Shown in pieces: positions 48,701 to 57,575 of a DNA stretch of 64,000 nucleotides. Below the pieces are notes generated by a model that worked only from the letters and a program-made list of their open reading frames with translations, searched no databases and had not been told where the DNA came from. Source of the stretch: a virus (lineage: Duplodnaviria; Caudoviricetes); IMG/VR virus record IMGVR_UViG_3300029305_005257, positions 4,853 through 68,852 of that record; one strand, given 5' to 3'. The position numbers were made by a program, and so were the translations under genes. Position 1 is the stretch's first letter; every line of letters starts with the position of its first letter.

Positions 48701-50289
48701 ACACCATTTATAAAAGCTGAACCTGCAGGATGTTTAAAAGCATTAAGAACTCTAGTAGCACCATTAAACGCTTTTGAAATTCTGGTTCTATCAGATCCGG
48801 CTAATTTAACTTTTGCTTGGTTTTTAAGCTCGTTCACCTTTTTACCAATTGTATTCTTATCAATTTTATATTCAAGATTAGTTTTTGCTCGTCGGAGACT
48901 GGTAGAAATGTTACTTGTAGTTTTTTCAATTTTATCTTCAACTTTATAAGCTTTATCTCTGATTTTATCGAGCAAACCTTCTTCCGCAATATATTCAATG
49001 AATTCTTCGTCGTTTAATTCATATTCAATCGCTGATTCAATTGCAGCATTTAAATGAGATAATTCTTCTCTGTCTAAAATCTGTAAGTTATATAAATCTT
49101 CAATATCATCTATTGTGTGAAATAACGCAGGATACTCGGATAAACTTTCCAATGCATCGCAGATTAATTCATCATCTAAATATGCAATATATCCTTCTTC
49201 TGCACATGTAGAATCATTTACAGGTTCTACATAAATATCATCTAAGAAATTTTCAAAAGCCTCTTTAGCAGTACTTGGCTTTCTCTTTTTTCTTTCTTCA
49301 TTTTCTTTAATTTTTTCACCTGCATTCTTAGCTTTACTGCTAGAACCAGTAGCTTTATATAATGCAGATTGCTTAATATGACCTTCATCATCTAAGTCTT
49401 CATCTCTATCTACAATAACTGCACCGTTTGTTCTCTGATATGCTTCTTCAGCACTATCTTTACCAGTTACAGCAGCTAATTTACCATCTTTATCCTTGGT
49501 AAATACACCACCACCTGCAAGATCACATAATGCATTTACTGTATAATGACCTTTTTCAATTCCTAAAACCACATCTTGCCATTTACTTCCGCCACCGATA
49601 TCCGGCACATCTTTTCCCTGCTTTTCTTCCTTTGCAAAATGTCTAGCCATACTCATAGCTAATGCAAATTCTTTTTCTGTAAGCATATCGTGGTCTACCG
49701 GTTTTAATTTACGATCATCTTCAATTCCATGCTTTGTTTTAATATCCCCATCATCGGAATCTTTATTTGTACTTTCTTTACTTTCAGTAGCGATCTCTTC
49801 TCTACGAGAACTGATTACTTCGCTGATAGTTTTAAGTACATTGCTGCATTCCTTAATATCGTCAAGTTTACAACTATCTTTAGATCCAATATTAAACATA
49901 TTTTTCACATATGATAATTGAGGGAGATGACTTTCTAAAGCATTCTTAAATTCTTCAGTACCTGGTTCATATGTATTTAAAATTTCTCTCATATTTCTTA
50001 CTGGTTCATTGAAGAAATTTAAAATATTTTCAAATTTTTCACTATAAGACTCTAATGCTGTAAGGTTATCAATAGAAGCTACTTTTCTCTTGATAGATTC
50101 TAATACAGAATTTACAACACTATCGTCTGAACAAGGAAACATAGAACCTAAAGATTCAACTGCGAATCCGTCACATACTTCAAAAGTATATTCAGTTTCT
50201 GGAGTAATGAATTCTTCTAAGGCTTCCATGTTTTCATCTTCCATAACTTTAGTTCCAAAGGTTACAATCTTTGAACTCTCTGTAAACAT
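45778..50289 (-). CDS. Large internal head polyprotein-like protein (1503 aa)
   Basis: About 20 A-x-E-[S/G/A] sites clustered in acidic spacers that alternate with basic modules. Internal 29-aa repeat at 48976-49062 and 47557-47643. Confidence 0.65.
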   Translation of the reverse strand: MFTESSKIVTFGTKVMEDENMEALEEFITPETEYTFEVCDGFAVESLGSMFPCSDDSVVNSVLESIKRKVASIDNLTALESYSEKFENILNFFNEPVRNMREILNTYEPGTEEFKNALESHLPQLSYVKNMFNIGSKDSCKLDDIKECSNVLKTISEVISSRREEIATESKESTNKDSDDGDIKTKHGIEDDRKLKPVDHDMLTEKEFALAMSMARHFAKEEKQGKDVPDIGGGSKWQDVVLGIEKGHYTVNALCDLAGGGVFTKDKDGKLAAVTGKDSAEEAYQRTNGAVIVDRDEDLDDEGHIKQSALYKATGSSSKAKNAGEKIKENEERKKRKPSTAKEAFENFLDDIYVEPVNDSTCAEEGYIAYLDDELICDALESLSEYPALFHTIDDIEDLYNLQILDREELSHLNAAIESAIEYELNDEEFIEYIAEEGLLDKIRDKAYKVEDKIEKTTSNISTSLRRAKTNLEYKIDKNTIGKKVNELKNQAKVKLAGSDRTRISKAFNGATRVLNAFKHPAGSAFINGVLSGLGGLLVVTGLNKASKINSTLDKASSNAGVLSSWKFLFDELKNNLSSSAVADKTKQVIAGSALLSGLDYGTVIAAMFTVGPAASAAIKTALNNHYINKFNTDFIDSRTKIEDKYDELEEEYNALIKNSDDEISKKKDEFIIKCNNFIQETNDSLDEMKNNLSVLVKQAKNQRKEKISNEKEEELSKLKQQDEERVRKKEEAKQNKKGFLSSTKEKFSSASQSRNIAVAGESLQEMLGYISNEYYVDGECINPEEALEGLQSTLDCMNDFASMIIDIEDDEERNSMMSWYKEQKGHITSAIESLSNTKENDDEFSGKLYSALEGLVGYDILFEGISDTFDVIALESLTPSELTKLNIAIETAINLNMSDEKFEEYLAEEGFKDKIKSLGRKIKDKYYDVKGRVQLGGSVVENTAKKVKDKYTKLKENKDDAKEIKNLQKTLAKLKSSITKLYNDLESMKDVEYNDKSKSSVRFLKILTATASVLLTTYSALGLHAIKYSCNNMEILVHNCLTAIGFIGTLVGNRVGTSEENKSRKNRDEQSKKIYNLLPNLNEKRMSLMNKIKELLEEYNNTDSNNKTDLENLLKKFNIIQQEIEKYLNEFYKNFEKNFKEATNNEKSLNVLNGIDEEITDKEKKLSELRQSLAKVKKDPMGDSKAYQIEKDIEKITKSVDKLKIHRKEIIDERKNYGIESFIIEIMNDRIPNIINNFDYYDTSDTALEGVIRLNLVLNDLDNILPNISSDKELIDAYCYTRNIISEAIESLSLNIPYDYDIAFESISSINDQVEDDLFVALEGAIKNQKHPWVINYNALMAQINSSNKAAAKYYKAKKYKEATDSLNTAAHACREVIDNISSLSADEYCEFSKKKAVSEKALNKFKDNYRNEIENILKKIDGTRNKINKKSKPESEDAAEESYIAEAYKNYLREVGLDENGELIDSENNPEHIAAVEAYYELRSETEDALSDLDMIISDVI

Positions 50290-50451
50290 AAAAGACCCTC
50301 CTTTATATTTATATTTTTATTTACTCAAAATATAACATTCGAGCATAGATTATTCAATTTGTTTCATTAGTAAAATAGGATACATTGATATATTATTAGT
50401 AAGAATTAGAAGAACTCTAAATTATAAACGAAAGGAGAAACCAAAAAAAAA

Positions 50452-51513
50452 ATGAAAATAACAGATAGAGAACTTAAGCAAGAAATAATTGATCAATTAA
50501 GTGAATTACCAGTTTATTATCCAAATAGAAGCAATACTCAGCATGTTATAAGATGTACAGCATGTGGTGATAGTCATGATGAATCACATGCACATCTTTC
50601 AATAAGAATAAATGTAGATGATGATGCACCTATGTTATATAGATGCTTTAGATGTAATGATAGTGGTTTAGTAACTAGAGAAATGTTAATTGAATGGGGA
50701 GTTGAATTAGACGAAGATTCTCTAAATTCATTGAAGATTTATAATAAGAAATCGAAAAAAAAATACAAAGGTATATTTAGTGACCATTATGAAGATTTTT
50801 ACGTTCCTGCTGTAGATAGTACGATTTTACACGAAATGAAGAGAGAATATATAAATGCCCGTCTGGGTACTAATTTTTCAGTAGATGAAATGAGAGAATT
50901 GAAAATTGTGTTGAATATAGAAGATTTTTTAACATGTAATCATATATCAAAACCAAGTATAGATTTTAAAACACGTAAGCATATAGAGTCTGACTATTTA
51001 GGATTTTTATCAACGAATAATAACCGAATAATGTTTAGAAATATAAGGTCGAATCTAGATAAGCATGATTTTAGATGGTATAATGTAATGCTTAATATGA
51101 ATAATCTTAATCCATATACTTTTTACTCTATACCTAACAAAATTGACTTATATTATACTCACTCTATAAATATTCATATTGCAGAAGGTTGCTTTGATAT
51201 TCTTAGTATATATCATAACGTGAATAATTGTAATAAAGAAAATAATTATTACTATGCCTCATGTGGTTCTAGTGCATTAAATATAATGAATTTCTTAATT
51301 GATATAGGAATAAATACAGGATTGAATATCCATCTATATGCAGATAAAGATAAATCAGATGATTTTCATATGAAATATTTATTAAGAGATAACGAAATCT
51401 ATCAATGGTGTGATAAAATAGTTATTCATAGAAATAATTATATAGGAGAAAAAGATTATGGGGTTCCAAAAGAAAAAATAAAAGATAGTTATAGAACGAT
51501 TTATAGGAGGTAG
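50452..51513 (+). CDS. DNA primase (Zn-binding plus TOPRIM)
   Basis: RCTACGDS...H...YRCFRC zinc domain; HIAEGCFD and YADKD TOPRIM acidic motifs. Confidence 0.8.
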   Translation: MKITDRELKQEIIDQLSELPVYYPNRSNTQHVIRCTACGDSHDESHAHLSIRINVDDDAPMLYRCFRCNDSGLVTREMLIEWGVELDEDSLNSLKIYNKKSKKKYKGIFSDHYEDFYVPAVDSTILHEMKREYINARLGTNFSVDEMRELKIVLNIEDFLTCNHISKPSIDFKTRKHIESDYLGFLSTNNNRIMFRNIRSNLDKHDFRWYNVMLNMNNLNPYTFYSIPNKIDLYYTHSINIHIAEGCFDILSIYHNVNNCNKENNYYYASCGSSALNIMNFLIDIGINTGLNIHLYADKDKSDDFHMKYLLRDNEIYQWCDKIVIHRNNYIGEKDYGVPKEKIKDSYRTIYRR

Positions 51514-51535
51514 ATAATTATTATCTACCTCCTAT
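51503..51535. terminator. Bidirectional terminator overlapping the primase stop codon
   Basis: ataggaggtagataat-t-attatctacctcctat. Confidence 0.8.
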
Positions 51536-51547
51536 TCTTAGTGTAGG

Positions 51548-52315
51548 TTAAATCTCAATTGTGTCGCCAATTAAATTAACCAATCTTTGAGCTTTATAAT
51601 CAAATTGACGTTCAATTATAAGTTCTACTAAGTTATTTGATAATTTCATCATGTTGAATCGAATACCAAACAACATATCCCTTGCAACTTTCTCTTTTAT
51701 CTTATCGGAATAGACTCTGGATAATCCAAGCAGTATAGAGTTGAAAGTATAATCTCTAAAATCTTCGCCATTAGATTCTACTCTTTCCGAATAAATAAGA
51801 GCATGTTCTGAATCATAGATGTTAATATTTATATATTTTTCAAATTTCTCAATTTGAACTAATGCTTTTCCAGTAGGAATTTCTACTGTAGCAGCGTCTG
51901 TCATTTTTTCAAATTTGAGATTTGGATTATTTGCCCTTATATCGAAAAATGAAAAATGCGAAATATCAAAATCACGATATAATTTTATACTTAAACTAAA
52001 TCGATCAATCAACATGTGTGAAGTATCCGAATTATCAAGTTTGCATTTCGAATCTATTATTAACAGATTCTGCAACGCGATTTTCCCAGCTTCTAAGTAG
52101 CTGCCGTCAACAATAAGTTTTCTGGCATTTTTATTATTCCATGTTTCCTGAGCTGTTCTTGCTAGAACATAAGCATCTGGCTTATGTTCTGTACTGAGAT
52201 CAAAGATACGGATTGAAAAAGCATTCCCTTGTAATGGAACGTATAACTCTGCACTGGAGATGAATTCATCTCCTTCTTTTTTAATACTAAATAGTATATT
52301 TCCTTTAATTTCCAT
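51548..52315 (-). CDS. Hypothetical protein (255 aa)
   Basis: ORF with AAAGGAG RBS and an early-type promoter at 52367-52397. Confidence 0.75.
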   Translation of the reverse strand: MEIKGNILFSIKKEGDEFISSAELYVPLQGNAFSIRIFDLSTEHKPDAYVLARTAQETWNNKNARKLIVDGSYLEAGKIALQNLLIIDSKCKLDNSDTSHMLIDRFSLSIKLYRDFDISHFSFFDIRANNPNLKFEKMTDAATVEIPTGKALVQIEKFEKYININIYDSEHALIYSERVESNGEDFRDYTFNSILLGLSRVYSDKIKEKVARDMLFGIRFNMMKLSNNLVELIIERQFDYKAQRLVNLIGDTIEI

Positions 52316-52366
52316 AATAATATTTATTCTCCTTTCGTTTATGGAATATCTTTTAGTTGCATTTCA

Positions 52367-52397
52367 ATTATATATAAATAAAAATAATAAAATTACG
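52367..52397 (-). promoter_or_regulatory. Putative early promoter
   Basis: CGTAATTttattatttttattTATATATAAT. Confidence 0.65.
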
Positions 52398-52405
52398 AAA
52401 TAAAA

Positions 52406-52436
52406 AAGAAGAGCTATATTAAATATAGCTCTTCTT
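52406..52436 (-). terminator. Terminator, near-perfect palindrome
   Basis: aagaagagctatatt-a-aatatagctcttctt. Confidence 0.8.
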
Positions 52437-52469
52437 AAATATTACCGAGGGAAACACCACAACTGGATA

Positions 52470-53702
52470 TCATCTGCCGATTTTCGAAGCTTGGATGATC
52501 TTATCTTTTTCGTTTGCAACGATTTTAAGAACTACCTCTTCCAAATCAGTTTCATTATCTAAATCTTTAGTTTTTGTTTGTTCTATTAATTTAGAAGCGA
52601 ATTTCACTTGAAGTTTCTTAGAATCGCTATCGGATAATTCACCATGTTTTAAAAAGTTTTTATCTGTGTTCCACATTTCGATAAAAACTTTTCTGCATGC
52701 TTCGTATGACACTTTTCTTTTAAGAGCTATGTCATACGCAAATACTTCGTCTCCACTTACCATCTCAAAACTAATTTCAGTAAGCCCGATTTTGTTAGTT
52801 TTTACGATAGTGAGTATTCCATCTTCAGTTCCTTCATCTGATTCATTGCCCTCTCTGAGTTTTCCGGTTCCTGTGATTTTTTTCTTGTTATTTACTTTGG
52901 CATCCAAAAATACCATGTGTATAATATCTTCAGCATCTTCTGAATGCTTAATTAAAAATTTCACAGTTTCCTCAGTAAATTCTGATTTTGTTTTCTTTGG
53001 AATTCTTTTCCATGCAGTTATCATGTTTATATTATATTCATTCCACAATTTAACCGCATATTTAATTATAGAACTCAAATTGAATTCTTCGGAACTCTCA
53101 ATACCGAAACCCCAAAGAATATTATTCTTTGTGGCTATTGCTGCTATATGATACCAGATATCATGCTTCTCGTCATGCGTTTTAGCAGCTGCAATTACTA
53201 AGTCACCAATACATTCTCCAATAATCTTGTTTTTCTCGAAACCTTCAATTGATGCAACATCAGTTGCATCATAGAAATCGAGAACGAATCTTTCATTAGT
53301 TAAGGATTCGTCAGGTTTTTTCTCACTATCCACATCTACAGTCTGAACATAAGCATCTTTTGTAATTTTTGCTGTTAACTCAGATATTGCTAATAAAGAT
53401 CTGGCATAATGCTCATATCCATTTACTTTTGAGTAGAGATAGGAAGCTGCGGCAATAAGTGTATCAACATTTTTCTTGATTACATCCTTGCTTACAACAT
53501 TTAAGAAATCCTCAAGCTTACCTAACTCATCTTTATTATCAGCGATTTCTGTTTTTACTATGATTGGATGCTGTGTGCTATCAGAATCTTTCCACTGACA
53601 TAATACCAATTCCTCTGTACGAAGGTTGTATCCGAACTCTTCGTTGAATTCTTTTACAAACTCCGACAATACTTTCTTGTCGTCTTCAGTCATTTTTCCC
53701 AT
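52470..53702 (-). CDS. Hypothetical protein, paralog family member 1 (410 aa)
   Basis: Start moved to 53702 behind AAAGGAG. Shares W-x-D...H-x-I and AAS-x-LYSK-x-x-GY with downstream paralogs. Confidence 0.75.
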   Translation of the reverse strand: MGKMTEDDKKVLSEFVKEFNEEFGYNLRTEELVLCQWKDSDSTQHPIIVKTEIADNKDELGKLEDFLNVVSKDVIKKNVDTLIAAASYLYSKVNGYEHYARSLLAISELTAKITKDAYVQTVDVDSEKKPDESLTNERFVLDFYDATDVASIEGFEKNKIIGECIGDLVIAAAKTHDEKHDIWYHIAAIATKNNILWGFGIESSEEFNLSSIIKYAVKLWNEYNINMITAWKRIPKKTKSEFTEETVKFLIKHSEDAEDIIHMVFLDAKVNNKKKITGTGKLREGNESDEGTEDGILTIVKTNKIGLTEISFEMVSGDEVFAYDIALKRKVSYEACRKVFIEMWNTDKNFLKHGELSDSDSKKLQVKFASKLIEQTKTKDLDNETDLEEVVLKIVANEKDKIIQASKIGR

Positions 53703-53871
53703 ATTGACTCCTTTCATAATAAGGGAACGCCGTTTGTTACTATGCTTAATATACATATAACTTATTCAGTATTTCTGACCCTTATTTATCAGAACAATTA
53801 TGTATTTTTGAAATTAGTGTAATTACGAAAAAAAAAGATGTGAGAATACTTAATATATTCTCACATCTTTT

Positions 53872-54054
53872 CTAATCTTTTTTTAAATATTTTACCAATA
53901 TTTCTGACATTCGATGATTTATGGGGCATTGATCACATAAATTATGTTCACACCTTGTTTGACAATATGTTCGTGTGATAATCACCTTTTCCGCAATTGT
54001 ATTTTCTGCCTCAATATCACGTATAAAATCCTCTTCATTTTTATAAATATCCAT
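53872..54054 (-). CDS. Small Cys-rich protein (60 aa)
   Basis: Start moved to 54054 behind GGGAGGGG. CQTRCEHNLCDQC. Confidence 0.65.
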   Translation of the reverse strand: MDIYKNEEDFIRDIEAENTIAEKVIITRTYCQTRCEHNLCDQCPINHRMSEILVKYLKKD

Positions 54055-54167
54055 AAATGAAACCCCTCCCTTTATTAATATCATGATTATTATATATAAT
54101 CTAAATTATCTATGATATGGGGTTAAATATGCGAAGACATTTTTTAATCTTCGCATATCATTATAAT

Positions 54168-54980
54168 TTAGTCTATTTCTATATATCTTCCATTACCCGC
54201 AATTCCTATAACGTCGCCGTTATCATTATCCCAATACGAATAATGAATCTCTCGATATCCAACATACTGATTATCATCGAAATCGCTAAGTTTCATGTTT
54301 AATCTCATACTATCTCTTAGTATAGACATTGCATATGTGTATTTATCTATTGTATTATTTATATTTTCTGGAATAACTCCCATGTTCAAATATTTGATAG
54401 TTTCTTTTAAAAAGAGATCTGGATTATAATGATAATCATCTAGCATACTAACTAGTTTGCGACTACTGAATTGATCTTTAATAAAGATTTCCATCTTTGA
54501 AATATATTGGGATTGCCTACATAATCCTATATCAATACGTTGCATTTTTACAATAAACTCACCATTTGGTTCACGTACTGGTCTTTCGTGACTTCCTTCA
54601 TTATCTTTATCAAATTCAGATAACCAAGCATACAACCCTGCAAATGCCATAGCAGTTTTTGCCTTTCCATAACCTGCTGACTTTGAATATAAAAACGATG
54701 CTGCTGTATAAATATCTACTTTGGTAAGTAGGGTATTTCGATAATATTGTACTATGATAGGATCATCGACATCTCTTTCAGAAGGCTTTTGAATAATTGC
54801 ATAATAAATGGTTTTTAAAAATGAACAGCACTGATATATTTCTGAATCATTATCTATTACATAAATATCATGTTTTTCACCAACGGGATCTGTCCACGAT
54901 ATCGAAATTAAACTCTTTTCTAATTCAGCTTCTAAATCTTCTACTTTAAATTGATAACATAAATCCTTTATACTAACCAT
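54168..54980 (-). CDS. Hypothetical protein, paralog family member 2 (270 aa)
   Basis: ISWTDPVGEKHDI, AASFLYSKSAGYG. Confidence 0.75.
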   Translation of the reverse strand: MVSIKDLCYQFKVEDLEAELEKSLISISWTDPVGEKHDIYVIDNDSEIYQCCSFLKTIYYAIIQKPSERDVDDPIIVQYYRNTLLTKVDIYTAASFLYSKSAGYGKAKTAMAFAGLYAWLSEFDKDNEGSHERPVREPNGEFIVKMQRIDIGLCRQSQYISKMEIFIKDQFSSRKLVSMLDDYHYNPDLFLKETIKYLNMGVIPENINNTIDKYTYAMSILRDSMRLNMKLSDFDDNQYVGYREIHYSYWDNDNGDVIGIAGNGRYIEID

Positions 54981-55788
54981 TATATTTCTCCTTTAATTCA
55001 TAAATATTATATTCTTTATTTTTTATACAAATAAAACTTGTTTGTTTAACTTCATTTAATGATGTAGTATCTACCTTATCTTCCAAGTTTTTCATAAATT
55101 TGGCAATTTGAAGTAAACGACATTCGTAATTATTATTTGTTGGATTATTGAAACCCATAAGTTTTCTATTTATATAGTCAATTATTATATTTGCAAATTC
55201 CTTATGATTATACGCAATGCAATCCACAATTTCACATATTTTAATGGCAGCATCCTTTTTTAAATCAAAATCAGGATCGTTATTTGGTACAAGGAATGCT
55301 TTCATTTTAAAAGCTTTATAATTTTCGCCTGGCAGACGAATTACTTCAGTAATAACTCTAAAAATAGCTTTATTATCGTCTTCGTTGTCAGGTTTTCGTT
55401 CATTAAAAGAATAAAACCATTTAAAGAATAATCTATCTGCCATAATAATTCTTCTAGTACCGTACTTATGAGTTATATTATAACATAAAGCTGCTATTTT
55501 ATATGGGTCAACCTCGGATGAACACATGCGATTTCTAGTATAAGCATTTAACTTAATCATCCAGTCAGATTCGTATGATATAATATGATAGAGTTGATTT
55601 AGATAATTATAACAGTCGTCTACTTCACATAATGAAGCAGTAGTACAGGCAAAAGGTAGAAAGATGTTATGATTTTTGCCATCGGGATCTGTCCATACCA
55701 ATCTTTGACCAAGTGGATTACATATCCAATTAATATCTTCTTCATTGATTATATCGAGCATAAAACATATTTTCTTTATATCTTCCAT
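54973..55788 (-). CDS. Hypothetical protein, paralog family member 3 (271 aa)
   Basis: Start moved to 55788 behind AAGGAGG. LVWTDPDGKNHNI. Confidence 0.75.
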   Translation of the reverse strand: MEDIKKICFMLDIINEEDINWICNPLGQRLVWTDPDGKNHNIFLPFACTTASLCEVDDCYNYLNQLYHIISYESDWMIKLNAYTRNRMCSSEVDPYKIAALCYNITHKYGTRRIIMADRLFFKWFYSFNERKPDNEDDNKAIFRVITEVIRLPGENYKAFKMKAFLVPNNDPDFDLKKDAAIKICEIVDCIAYNHKEFANIIIDYINRKLMGFNNPTNNNYECRLLQIAKFMKNLEDKVDTTSLNEVKQTSFICIKNKEYNIYELKEKYNG

Positions 55789-55856
55789 AAAGATACCTCC
55801 TTTTTTGTATTGATAGAGAGTAGAAAAAAGAATAAAAGAAAAATAAAAAAGAGCCA

Positions 55857-56030
55857 TTAGGCTCTTTTAAATCCTTTTATTAAAGAAATTATAATTTCTT
55901 TAATAAAAGGATAGAAGTATCCCAGTATAAACATGGAATACATCAAAGTTATAATAAAATAATTTTTTTGAGCCGCTCTGTATTCACGGTCAAGTTGTTT
56001 TGCATATTCGCTATAGTTCCAATCTTTCAT
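55857..56030 (-). CDS. Small membrane protein (57 aa)
   Basis: Start moved to 56030 behind GAGGAG. One hydrophobic helix YFIITLMYSMFILGYFYPFI. Confidence 0.65.
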   Translation of the reverse strand: MKDWNYSEYAKQLDREYRAAQKNYFIITLMYSMFILGYFYPFIKEIIISLIKGFKRA

Positions 56031-56043
56031 AATTGTCTCCTCT

Positions 56044-56093
56044 CTGTCCCTATCTATGAGGGACTCAAACAAATTTATTTTGAAAGGATATAT
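56044..56093 (-). repeat. 50-bp early-gene leader, copy 2
   Basis: Near-identical to 6405-6454. Confidence 0.85.
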
Positions 56094-56114
56094 CCTTTCT
56101 TATCATCACATAAT

Positions 56115-56145
56115 TAATATATATTCGAGGGTGGGGATAATTACG
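56115..56145 (-). promoter_or_regulatory. Putative early promoter
   Basis: CGTAATtatccccaccctcgaaTATATATTAAT. Confidence 0.6.
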
Positions 56146-56191
56146 AAAAAAAAAGAAAGGGTGGATTTTTATTATCCACCCTTATTAATTT

Positions 56192-56515
56192 TTAATAGTT
56201 ATTCACCTCCATATACGCATCTACTATACATTTTTCTATGAAATAAGTACGATCGAAAAATAATGATACTATTTTTATCAGTTCTGGATTAATATTATAA
56301 TCCTCAAGAAGTACTCTAATTCCTTCTCCTTTTAGTAACGAAATCAAATCGAGAATGTGTACACATGACATAAAGTAATTAAATGACATGCTCTCTAATA
56401 TAAGACGATTAAAAATACTATTATCCTTAATCACATCCTGCATTATTGGAGTCAAATCATCGCTTAATTCCATAAGTGATTCCAATACCAATTTTATATT
56501 CTCATTATTTGCCAT
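56192..56515 (-). CDS. Hypothetical protein (107 aa)
   Basis: ORF with AAAGGAG RBS and an early-type promoter at 56601-56632. Confidence 0.7.
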   Translation of the reverse strand: MANNENIKLVLESLMELSDDLTPIMQDVIKDNSIFNRLILESMSFNYFMSCVHILDLISLLKGEGIRVLLEDYNINPELIKIVSLFFDRTYFIEKCIVDAYMEVNNY

Positions 56516-56637
56516 ATTTGGCTCCTTTCTGTATCATTTAAGATACTTAAAATATATTTAATATGGATGGAAGGACAATTCCTTCCTCTGTATCACGCTA
56601 ATTATGTATATTTGAATAAAATATCTATGACGTATAA

Positions 56638-56673
56638 AAATAAGGGAAGTAGAATATTCTACTTCCCTTATTT
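56638..56673. terminator. Terminator, perfect 36-bp palindrome
   Basis: aaataagggaagtagaat|attctacttcccttattt. Confidence 0.85.
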
Positions 56674-56678
56674 GCTTA

Positions 56679-57218
56679 TTATAGGTATAACTTTCGTTTA
56701 TTGGTTAATTTAAGATGACCAAATACAAATTCTGATTTTATAAAATGAGATATTGGTTTATTGAAAGTTTCTTCATATGTTGTATCCATTATATGTTTTA
56801 TATCTTTTTCATTACCATATCCGATCATGGTATCTACATAAATAAAATCATGTAAAGTTCCACATTGGTTATTTATCATTTCCTTCAATTCTTGTCCACT
56901 ATCGCTATTTAGATAATGCATAATCTCTTCGTCAGATTGTTCTTGTAATCTCTCAATATAAAACCTAGTATAATCTTGAATCATTTTGTGATGTGCTTTA
57001 TGTACCATTAACATATTACTATACTTATTTCTAAGTGTAGAGTCTTCTTTCATAATGTCTACAACATCCTGAAGGCTTTTTGAATTAAATTCATCAGAGC
57101 TAAGTTTTGCAAAACTGGCAAGTTCGAGAAAATAATCGTTTGATGTTTTATACTGTATCGAATTTTCCCTCTCATTATTACCAAATACCGGTTCCTTAAA
57201 TAAACAATCTTCTTTCAT
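56679..57218 (-). CDS. Hypothetical protein (179 aa)
   Basis: ORF with AAAGGAG RBS. Confidence 0.7.
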   Translation of the reverse strand: MKEDCLFKEPVFGNNERENSIQYKTSNDYFLELASFAKLSSDEFNSKSLQDVVDIMKEDSTLRNKYSNMLMVHKAHHKMIQDYTRFYIERLQEQSDEEIMHYLNSDSGQELKEMINNQCGTLHDFIYVDTMIGYGNEKDIKHIMDTTYEETFNKPISHFIKSEFVFGHLKLTNKRKLYL

Positions 57219-57236
57219 AAAAATTTCTCCTTTACA

Positions 57237-57575
57237 TTAAAAAATTTCGATATCTATTGGAATCTTATTCGATGGCTTATATTTATTATATGTCAAAATA
57301 AAGCATTCATGAACAAAAACTATATCTAGCAAATCTTCCAATTCCCATTGCCTAACTTGATCACATGTTAATTCTACTATTTTAGTATTTATCAATTTTA
57401 ATATATCTTTTTCTATTTCACTATGAGGGTTTACTTCATTTAAAAATGATTCAGGGTTCTTCTTGATAAGAACCCTGAATCTATCATCTTTTTCTATCTG
57501 ATTCATGATTAATTTTCTTAAAATCCTACAGTTTTCTTTAATACGACATTCCATTGCTAATCTCCTATAAATCAA
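57237..57575 (-). CDS. Hypothetical protein (112 aa)
   Basis: ORF overlapping the polymerase stop codon. The true start may be the internal MEC behind AGGAG. Confidence 0.6.
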   Translation of the reverse strand: MIYRRLAMECRIKENCRILRKLIMNQIEKDDRFRVLIKKNPESFLNEVNPHSEIEKDILKLINTKIVELTCDQVRQWELEDLLDIVFVHECFILTYNKYKPSNKIPIDIEIF

